Assembly (NCBI RefSeq): GCF_006345805.1
Contig: NC_043002.1
Span: 106,702,001-106,766,000 of the forward strand
Reading direction: 5' to 3'
DNA: 64,000 bases
Source of the DNA: Octopus sinensis
Taxonomy: Eukaryota
How positions within the stretch are numbered: the stretch's first letter is position 1; every line of letters starts with the position of its first letter. The position numbers were made by a program, and so were the translations under genes. This document shows, piece after piece, positions 52,612 to 64,000 of this stretch. The notes beneath the pieces were generated by a model. It searched no databases. It saw only the letters and a list, made by a program, of their open reading frames with translations, and was not told the DNA's origin.

Positions 52612-52968
52612 GTAAAATTGTGTTTGTGTCACCACATACTGTCTAGGTTTGTATGGCACACTGTGACACCTCACTGCATCTAGGTCACTGCTGTGTGTAT
52701 ACAGCATGCTGTGACACCACTCCAAGTTACTGCTGTATGCGTGTGGCACACTGTGTATATCATATAGTATTTTGAATCACAACTGTGTGTAAATGGCACA
52801 TTTGTGACTCTCCACACTTTGTATCACTACTCTATGCATAGTACACAGTGGCACGACTATGCATGGCACATAGTAACAACTCTCTGTCGGAGTCACAATT
52901 ATGTTGTGTATACAGCACACAGTGTGCCAGTGGCACAGTGATATCTATGAGCTTATGGCACTTAGTGA

Positions 52969-53769
<801 letters not shown>

Positions 53770-54218
53770 TAACTATTATTGTGGCACGGGTTATAGTGTA
53801 GTGTAGCAGTCACTAGGGTATAGTAATTGCAAGTGTGGTAGTATAGCAGTTACTTTATTGATTGTTGTAGTGGCATGGGTTCTAGTGTACTGGTCATTCA
53901 CTGTGGTAATGGGTGTTGTAGTATAATGGCCACTGGGCTGTTGTAGTGGTTGTTGTATAGTAGTCACTGTACTGTTGTAGTAGTCAGTGTCATAGTATAG
54001 TGTTTACTGAGTAGTATTTGTGGTTTATTATGGGGTTGTATTACCATGGCCTTTGCAGGTTGAGCAAATGTGACCCTTTATATCCATTTTCCCTGACAAC
54101 CCCTACATCTACTGTCCCCTCCCTCCAGGACCGCTCCTTGTAGCTGTAGCCTCTGAACCCCCTCCCATAGTCCTTGACTTCATACACTAACCAGCGCCAT
54201 CTATGTTTTCTATTTCAG

Positions 54219-54449
54219 AGTATCATATACTACACAGTACGTTCCCCTTGCCTCGATCAGTGGAGCCAGAATGAAGAGCTACGGGTGGCCCTAGCGCCAC
54301 TCCAATGTAACGACTATGTTGACCTTGACCCCACCTTCAATGCTCATGTTGATGATGATTATGATAGCCGGCTATTAGGGATCACAAGAAACAGTTTCTG
54401 TAACGTCTACTTCAGTTGGATACAGTTCTGTGCTGCACGCAGGGAGAAG
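54219..54449 (+). CDS. pcx: pecanex exon (Pecanex C-terminal domain region)
   Basis: Phase 0-0; SIIYY...DLDPTFN...DDDYD. Confidence 0.96.
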
Positions 54450-55599
54450 GTAACCCCCGTCTTTGTTTCTCTGTCTCTCACTGATTCAACCCTTTCTATG
54501 AAGATGTATGTATGTTTATAGTGTGCTGATTACCCGGCTGCAGAAGTGTAGTGACACTATTTGGTGCTTTTGTAGGAGACAATACTGTTATGCTTTCAAT
54601 AAAACTTGTCTGACTTATGCAAGTATGGAAAGATGGACTTTAAAACTATAATGATGATGATGATGATGATGATGATCATCATCATCATCGTTTAACGTCC
54701 GTTTTCCGTGCTACCACGGGCTGGACAGTTCGACTGGGGTCTGGGAAGCCAGGATGCTGCACCAGGCTCCAGTCTGATCTGGCAGTTTTTCTACAGCTGG
54801 ATATCCTTCCTAACGCCAACCACTCCACGAGAGTAGTGGGTGCTTTTTACGTACCACCAGCACAGGTGCCAGGGGAGACTGGCAGCGGACACGATCGGTT
54901 GGTGCTTTTTACGTGCCACTGGCACAGAAGCCAGTCTAGATATGCATACATTTATGTATATAAATAAAAATGTCAATGTTTTTATCCTACTTAATATGAA
55001 TGTATTATTAGAATGCTGTATGCTGTTGTGTTTGCCTTGTGAGACCCTCTCATAGAGATCTACAGTGCTATTCCGTATTAATGCTGCTTCTGTCACTAAT
55101 ATTTATCTTTTAATAAAGCCAGCTGTCTATTTGTGACATCAATGGCTGAACAGTCACTGTTATTCTATATATCAGCAGTAAGATTTGGCTGGCATAGGGT
55201 GAGTGGATGCCTGCCACTGAAGACGTGCATGTATAATGAAATTACATGATTCAGCTGTTCTGGTACTCATGCCAGATGATTGTCATCTGCTAGCTATATT
55301 TGTCATTTCTCTTTGTACATTTACATGAGAGGATCTCGCAAGGTGAATGCTGCTGTATATGGCATTCTAATATGTATGGTATAAAGATTGTCATTGGGTA
55401 TTAACACTGCTTCCATTGCTAAGAGTTTTATACTTATATATCTGTATTAAATGCACACACAGCTATACAACACAACATGTTAAAGCCATTTTCTTTGCTA
55501 AAGCAGTGATGGTTATCCTTCTGTATATTCTGTGTAATGATTGGGTTATGTTGTGTATCTGGATAATATGCATTTTGATTGTTGCAGCAGCAGCAGCAG

Positions 55600-55706
55600 T
55601 AGTAATGATATTAATAATATTAATAATAATAGTGATGATGATGATAATAATAATAATGATATTAATAATAATAATAATGATGATAATAGTAATAATAATA
55701 ATGATG

Positions 55707-55737
<31 letters not shown>

Positions 55738-55822
55738 TAATAATACTAATGATGATAATAATAATAATAATAATTATAATGATAATGATGATGATGATGA
55801 TAATAATAATGATGCTGATGAT
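55600..55822 (+). repeat. (AAT/GAT)n triplet tract
   Basis: Directly visible, ends ~17 nt before an acceptor. Confidence 0.95.
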
Positions 55823-55824
55823 AA

Positions 55825-55947
<123 letters not shown>

Positions 55948-56023
55948 TGAGTGCTGACCTTTCATTACTACTACTGCTGCCACCACCACCTCCACTCATT
56001 TTTCACCTCATCTTCTCATCTAG

Positions 56024-56978
<955 letters not shown>

Positions 56979-57427
56979 TAGTTGCTATCTTGGCTTTATG
57001 ATGTCTACATGTCCATACCCCCAGGTCCCCCTCACCCCTCCCTCCCTGTCAAACAGGAATATACCATCATCACCAACTTCTACTGCAACCGCTAATGACA
57101 TCTATGACTTTATATAGTGTTTTTGCATCCGCTTTTCCATGATGGCATGTGTTGGATGGGACTTTTTGATCCGGTGTTTTGCAGCTAATTGCCTTACCTG
57201 AGGTCAACCTTTTCAGTGATGTCTTACATGACACAATGATACAGAGTGGTTATTTTAAAAACTGGGAAACAAATGGTACAAGAACAGCATGGCTGTGTGG
57301 TTAAGAAGGTTGCTTCTCAACTTCATGGTTTTGGGTTCAGTTCCAGTGTTGCCCCTTGGGAAAATGTCTTCTACTATATTATAGCCATGGGCAGTATGTA
57401 TTTTCAACTACATACATATATATATAG

Positions 57428-57660
57428 TATGGCTTAGTGGTTAGGGTGTTGCACTCATAATTGGGAGTTTGTGGTTTCGATTCCCAGACTGGGTGTTGTG
57501 TTGTGTTCTTGAACAAAGCACTTCATTTCACGTTGCTCTGTGATCATTTCATCATCTGACAAATGTCACATGGTGCACCTGTGCAGGTAATATCGATTTG
57601 ATGGAGGGAGTGAGCTTACGCGAACACAAACATTTGATCACTATAAGCAAATCAATGTAT
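57428..57660 (+). mobile_element. tRNA-derived SINE, further family
   Basis: TGGCTTAGTGG and GGTTTCGATTCC boxes followed by CORE-like TTGAACAAAGCACTT. Confidence 0.6.
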
Positions 57661-58381
57661 GTGTGTACTTGTGTATGTGTATGTGTCTCCATGTCACAAG
57701 ATTGTTGTCCCCATCGTACAAGTGGTTGCATGTGTTTCTAGTTCATCATGGAAACATATCCAGCCACAGGGAAATATTTGTTTGGAAACAGTTGAAGGTT
57801 GGCAATAGGAATTTCTGTCGGCCTGTAGAAAATTGCTCAACAAATTCTGGTTGAGCCAAGCCTTGAAAGATCCCTTTCAACATAACATCATCATCATTAT
57901 CATCATCGTTTAACGTCCGTTTTCCATGCTAGCATGGGTTGGAAGGTTTGACTGGGGTTTGGGAAGCTAGGAGGCTGCACCAGGCTCCTGTCTGATCTGG
58001 CAGTGCTTCTACAGCTGGATGCCCTTCCTAACGCCAACCATTCCATGAGTGTAGTGGGTGCTTTTTACATGCCACTGGCACAGGTACCAGTGGAGGCTGG
58101 CAATGGCCACGATTGGTTGGTGCTTTTTACTTGCCACCAGCACGGAAGCAAGTCAAGGCGGTGCTAGCATCAGCCACATACAGATGGTGCTTTTTTACGT
58201 GCCAGGGGAGGCTGGCAATGACCACGATCGGTTGGTGCTAACCATGGCTGTGCTAGCAGCTTGACCTGATTATCATTTAGTGACTGACGTGTTGTTATTG
58301 GCTACAGTTTGTAAATACAGTCTAACTCTTATTTACATTATTTACATTTGACAGATATTTGTCCTCGTCTTATTTGTTGTT

Positions 58382-58427
58382 AACACAACGTTTCAGCTGG
58401 TATACCCTCCAGCCTTCATCAGGTGTC
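58382..58427 (-). ncRNA. Minimal type I hammerhead ribozyme motif (best-preserved copy)
   Basis: Minus strand reads GACAC CTGATGA A GGCTGG AGGGTATA CCAGCT GAAA CG TT GTGTT: stem I GACAC/GTGTT, stem II, conserved core, palindromic ACGT stem III; activity untested. Confidence 0.72.
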
Positions 58428-58468
58428 TTGGGGAAATTTCGAACCTGGGTTCTCATTCCAAAGGTATT

Positions 58469-58818
58469 AACGACGACGCCGTGGTTATCTCATTCTTGCT
58501 CACAACATCATAAGCGGAAAGTGTTACCTCTCGAAAGAGCTGTTCTTCACTCCTGCTCCAGAGCGTCGGCTGCAGGGTCATTCCGAAAAGCTCTATCTGC
58601 GACGATTTCATCTCAATCGAAGGAAAGGGGCTTTCTCCTTCCGGGTTGCGGATCCGTGGAATAAGCTGCCGGACGAGATGGTGAAGATGCCGACGACTGC
58701 TTTGTTCAAAGTCTCCCTTGACCACAAGTGGCCTGAACCCTGTACATAACTTCATGTCCCCTTACATGGCCTCGCTTTTTGCTTTTTGAGCTAAAAAATT
58801 AACTAACTAACTAACTAA
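58469..58818 (+). mobile_element. CR1-clade LINE 3' fragment
   Basis: 58471-58749 translates RRRRGYLI...GHSEKL...FSFRVADPWNKLPDEMV...FKVSLD (CR1 ORF2 C-terminal motifs); (TAAC)n tail. Confidence 0.88.
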
Positions 58819-58923
58819 TGACAAACAAGATGAGGACAAATATCCGTCAAATGTAAATAATGTACATAATTTGTCATCTCTTGAATATAGAACTGTATTC
58901 CCTCTGTTGTTCTTGTTGTTTAG

Positions 58924-59199
<276 letters not shown>

Positions 59200-59913
59200 T
59201 AAGACCTTTTAATTTTTCTCCTCTGTCTCTTTTGTAGTTATTTAGCCCCAGGTTAGCCTTGATTAAGCAGACCTGTGATCAAAAACATTCCAGTCGTGAT
59301 CAACTTGTCTTTTTTTTTTTACTTTGTGGCATTGTCATCATCATCATCATCATTGTTTAATGTCTGCTTTCCATGCTGGCATGGGTTGGACAGTTTGACT
59401 GAGGATTGGTGAGCCAGAGGCTGCACCAGGCTCAGTCTGATCTGGCAAAGTTTCTACAGCTGGATACCCTTACTAATGCCAACCACTCCGAGAGTGTAGT
59501 GGGTTCTTTTACATGATACTGACACAAGGGCCAGTCAGGCAGTTCTGGCAACGACCATACTCAAAAGGTGTATTTTACATGCTACCTGCATGGGAGCCAG
59601 TCTGGCAGCACTGGTAACAACCACACTTGAATGTTGTTTTTTCACGTGCCACTGGCACATGTGCCAGTAAGGCAATGCTGGCAATGATCACGCTCAAATG
59701 GTGCTTTTCACGTGCATCTAGATTTACAATACCCAATGTGTTCTTCCTTTTTAGAAACTGTAGGGTTTGATATGAGGGGCAAATGGGTGTTATTTCTAGC
59801 TAGTCAAACAACCATCTAGAAGCTTTTTCAGTTATTTGAAATAAATTATTGTAAATGAGGAAGATGAATGAATAGTTTTCAAGTTTAATTAAAACATGAT
59901 TATAATATATTAT

Positions 59914-60848
59914 AACTAGAAAAGCACTCTGAGAGTGCAGACCTCCACCAAGCATTTCCACCCATATACACACACGCTGAAAATTGCCCAATTTCCCAAA
60001 CCAACGCTGGCAAAAACATAACCTCCTTAGCAGGGGTTAAAAAAAAATAACACAGCCATATGATTTAAAAAGAAAACCCTTTAAAAACAGGAATCATTTG
60101 AAGCAGTTATAATACATCATTGACAACAGCAAGCTAGTTTCACTATACAACTAAAAAGAAACAACAATTACCTAAAACTTGAGTGATACACACACAACGC
60201 GAGTAAAATTACTAATAGAGAAACGAAAATAAACTTTGGAAACAGCAACACCACCATAGGTTACATGGAGATGAATGTGTTTTCAAGGGAGATAATCAAA
60301 GAACATAACATTGTAATATTTCATGTAAAGTAAATATAACAAATGAAAAATCCTTCAAGAATCCATAAAAATTCCTGGATCACTACCAAAATTTCATCAT
60401 CTGTTCCGTATGTCATTACCAACTTTTCCTGCAAGTTTCATCAAATCTTTATATATAAAACTGAAGTTGTGTGTGTGTGTCTGTCTACTCCCGATTTAGA
60501 TTCCTAACTACTCCCACATTTTGCGGTGCAGTTTAACCAAAAGCGGGTATCTTATAGTTGTGATTCATATTGAGCCCTTCTGGGTATTAGCGCGTGTCTA
60601 CGATGAGTCTATGATTTAAAAAAAAATTTACCATCATTTTTCCGCATTTTTAATGCATTTTTGCTCGGTTTATATAAGGGAAGTAACTCTCTAAAAATGC
60701 TTATATAGTTATTTCCCTTACAAACCCGAGCAACGCCAGGCGATACTGCTAGTACCATATACAACTTTTTGAGTTTATTGCACACAGATGGTCAGGTGGA
60801 CAAACCAATGCCAATGAAAACATAACCTCCTTCCTTGGTGGAGGTAAT
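59914..60848 (+). mobile_element. Helentron/DINE-like element hosting the helitron
   Basis: Subterminal inverted repeat CCTCCACCAAG (59942-59952) / CTTGGTGGAGG (60834-60844) and 3' hairpin. Confidence 0.6.
60446..60752 (+). mobile_element. Non-autonomous helitron, second copy
   Basis: Same TC...CTAG termini, A|T site. Confidence 0.88.
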
Positions 60849-61289
60849 ATTATTATAATAAATTATAATAAATAGTATTATACAGGTACAACACAGACTT
60901 TCTAAATGCTGATTGTCTGGAGTGTCTTACAATCTGCTTTAATTTCATCATCATCATCATCGTTTCCATGAACAGGAACTTCAACTTCCTCTGACAACCA
61001 AACTGGTTTACTGGTATCTTGCACAGTACAGTATCAATAAGCTTGTATCTTTTATACTAATGTAGAGGTATCGGTATTTCTTTTAATTATTTAAGTAAAT
61101 TTTATATTTGTGTAAATGTAGAGTGTTGACGAAGGTGACCATCCCTAATTTGGAAAAATCCGTAATCCAGAAAGACTCTGGAACCAGAGGTTTTGGAAAA
61201 TCAGTGTTGAATGTATTGTAATACTGTAGTATTAAAGATAAAACTTGTGGGATGTCATTATTTTAAGTTATTGTTAGTTATTTTCATTT

Positions 61290-61861
61290 CACACATGAGA
61301 CATTGCTATTTTCTTTGGTCATTTTAACATCTGGAAGTCTGTTTGACATCTGGTAGTTTGTTTGACTGTTAAGGTCTTATAAGACTGAAACATGTCCAAA
61401 GTTATCACTGTTCTGATAAATATCTGACTCCCCATTTAATTTAAATTCCAGTGTTGTCTCCTCGGCCCTTATTTTCATAAACAGTATTACTCATTCAGTC
61501 AATAATGATTCTGTCTTGTTTAAAATGATAATTTAAATTCAAGTTTTTTGATTTTACTACATTTACTGCATGGTTTGTGATTTTTTTATACAGAATGTGT
61601 TAGGTAGGAGCAGGGGTGTTGACTGGAATAATGGTGCATCGCTGGATGTCTGAGATTGCAGACATTTTATTGGCTTTTTGTAGATGGAGAGAGCCAATAG
61701 CCTCTTCGGACTTTATAAAACTGAAGAAATAGAAGAGGGGAGTCAGATATTTATCAGAACAGTGACAACTTTGGACATGTTTCAGTCTTATGAGACCTTA
61801 ACTGTCAAACAGACTTCCAGATGTTAAAATCACTGAAGAAAATATCAATGTCTCATGAGTG
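61290..61861. repeat. Fold-back element, ~125-140-bp arms, ~300-bp spacer
   Basis: 61290-61433 complementary to 61737-61861. Confidence 0.85.
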
Positions 61862-62118
61862 CAAGTTCTTGTATGCTGTTGGGGCTGGAGTTGGCAAGGG
61901 TTGAGGAAGACTGGTTGGGCTGGGTCTGTAGAAGAGGATTTTGTAGAGCAATGATAGGAAGAGGAGTGATTGTAACTAGAAGTAGAGGCTGTTATGCCTG
62001 ACTCTGGAGCTAAGTTACTAACTAATCTTTTCTACTCTGGGCACGAGGCCTGAAATTTGTGGGGAGGGAGGCCAGTCGATTAGATTGACACCAGTATGCA
62101 ACTGGTACTTAATTTAAA

Positions 62119-62352
62119 AGGCGGTGAGCTGGCAGAAACGTTAGCACGCCGGGCGAAATGCGTAGCCGTATTCCCTCTGCCGTTACGTTCTGAGTTCAAA
62201 TTCTGCCGAGGTCGACTTTGCCTTTCATCCTTTCGGGGTCGATAAATTAAGTACCAGTTACGCACTGGGGTCGATATAATCGACTTAATCCGTTTGTCTG
62301 TCCTTGTTTATCCTCTCTGTGTTTAGCCCCTTGTGGGTAGTAAAGAAACAGG
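62119..62352 (+). mobile_element. SINE family 1
   Basis: Full copy; flanked by minus-strand fragments of the same family. Confidence 0.85.
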
Positions 62353-62538
62353 TACTTAATTTATCAACCCAGAAAGGATGAAAGGCAAAGTCGACCTCGG
62401 CGGAATTCAAACTCACAACGTAAAGACAGACGAAATACTGCTAAGCATTTCGCTCGTCGTGCTAATGTTTCTGCCTAACTAATGTTGTCATAGTGATGAT
62501 GCTATTTATGGTTGCTGTTTTTTTTTTGTTATTTACAG

Positions 62539-62645
62539 AATGCGTCGGCACTGTGGTGCCAGCTGTGCAGGAAGAAGTTCTGGTTTCCAAGAAGAAGCGA
62601 CCTACACCAGCGCCTGCACCCATGCTGCTGCAGCTGTGCAACTTG
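62539..62645 (+). CDS. pcx: pecanex exon (frame differs from ORF track)
   Basis: Phase 2-1; RMRRHCGASC resembles the R..CG..C motif that follows the conserved domain. Confidence 0.88.
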
Positions 62646-62864
62646 GTATGGTTTGTTAAGGCATCTGTCTTTATGTATGTGTGTGTGTGTGTGTGCATCA
62701 TGATGTTATCCTATGAAAGTTAAATCACCACAACACCCTCACCTGTTCACTCTTTGACCATCACTACCACCACACACCACTACCCACACACAAGTTATAC
62801 ACACACACACACACATACACACACACACATGTATATAGACAAGTGCACAATCTCCTACACACAA

Positions 62865-63101
62865 TACCTATTTCTTCACTACCCACAAGGGGCTACACAC
62901 AGAGGGGACAAACAAGGACAGACAAACGGATTAAGTTGATTATATCGACCCCAGTGCGTATCTGGTACTTATTTAATCGACCCCGAAAGGATACAAGGCA
63001 AAGTTGACCTTGGCGGAATTTGAACTCAGAACGTAGCGGCAGACGAAATACCGCTAAGCGTTTTGCCTGGCGTGCTAATGTCTCTGCCAGCTCGCCGCCT
63101 T
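62865..63101 (-). mobile_element. SINE family 1
   Basis: Reverse complement of 62119-62352. Confidence 0.87.
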
Positions 63102-63202
63102 ATCCCACACGCTATACCACTACACCAATACATACACGTAAGGCCACCACCCCTATCAATCATACACCCTCTACCACTACCACAAATGCATACAGTATCA
63201 CA

Positions 63203-63234
<32 letters not shown>

Positions 63235-63619
63235 TAGCATTATCATATATGTTACCACCACACCCTGTGTGTGTGTCTCTACACTCTATAAACCAGTGTG
63301 GGAGCCTCTATGTTGTTGGTTAATCTGCTAGAAGTAGCAGCCAAATCTCCCACAAATCACAGTTTACCATTTAAAAAGATGATGGCATTAGATATAGTCC
63401 TAGATGCAATGTGCCTGAATAGAAGACTATATAGACATGCTTTGGATGTCTGTGTTCACAGCTCTGCTCTTGACTGGGCTGACCTGGGGCTAAACACCAC
63501 CATCACCACCCATACAACCTTACAATCTGTTACTCTCTCTCTTTCTCTCTCTCTGTCTGTCCCTCTCTCTCTCTCTCCACTGCACTTCCCCTACCTCTAC
63601 CTTTCCTCTCTCTCCCCAG

Positions 63620-63993
63620 GTTCAATGCGTTCCAACTCCAACAGTGCACCACCAACCACTGGTGCACCATCAGTAGGCGGTGGAGCGGCAACAACAGGTA
63701 GTGGTGCTGTGTCACCTAGCAACCAGTCTGACATCACACTGCAGAACCTAACCAACAGTCACAACAGTAAGTTGAGCTCACCTGCTGCTGTTACCACGGC
63801 AACAACCACACCAACATCAACAGCAACAACAACCCCTTCTATAACGGCTCTCCTTGATAGCAGGAGCAGCAGCAGTGGTAATGGTGTACCTGCTACTGCA
63901 CCCACTGCACCTACTGTTGTAACTAGCACTGCCCCTGGTTCAAACCCTGTCAACACCACCACTAAAGAACCAACCATCTCACAACGGGTTAGA
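63620..63993 (+). CDS. pcx: pecanex exon, Ser/Thr/Ala-rich
   Basis: CCCCAG acceptor, stop-free to ISQRVR, donor GTAAGT at 63994; phase 1-0. Confidence 0.85.
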
Positions 63994-64000
63994 GTAAGTA

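Larger units (their letters stand above)
58329..58896. mobile_element. tRNA-head/hammerhead element arms enclosing a CR1 fragment
   Basis: Minus arm 58329-58468, plus tail ~58820-58896, same family sequence. Confidence 0.82.

Noticed and set aside
58303-58899. Tc1/mariner MITE reading (TA-CAGTT...AACTG-TA) of the hammerhead element
   Set aside because: Other copies have 10-13 bp TSDs and asymmetric ends, which does not fit a TA-duplicating transposon
62493-62723. ORF resembling a signal-peptide protein
   Set aside because: Overlaps the pecanex exon in another frame; splice phases select RMRRHCGASC
63759-63977. Minus-strand hydrophobic ORF
   Set aside because: Antisense shadow of the Thr-rich exon

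Overview
Eukaryotic, AT-rich, microsatellite- and repeat-dense genomic DNA, most likely from an octopus or other coleoid cephalopod (inferred from the SINE repertoire and intron style; species not determinable by eye). The whole window lies inside one plus-strand gene, pecanex (PCNX1-3-like multi-pass membrane protein). I traced 31 GT-AG exons with compatible phases giving a stop-free partial CDS of 5178 nt (1726 codons); the gene starts before base 1 and continues past base 64000. Introns contain several tRNA-derived SINE families, RTE and CR1 LINE fragments, helitron/helentron-type and piggyBac/hAT/pogo-type non-autonomous elements, fold-back MITEs and minisatellites. The most notable signal is a recurring short element (5 insertions) that combines a Pol III tRNA-like head, a Penelope-type minimal hammerhead ribozyme motif, inverted ends with a one-sided ~35-nt tail, a fixed hairpin junction and 10-13 bp target-site duplications. 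This suggests a ribozyme-bearing SINE mobilised by Penelope-like elements (inference). A decayed Penelope/Neptune-like ORF remnant also seems to lie in the window. Repeat boundaries are read by eye and approximate; most ORFs in the supplied track are repeat artefacts.
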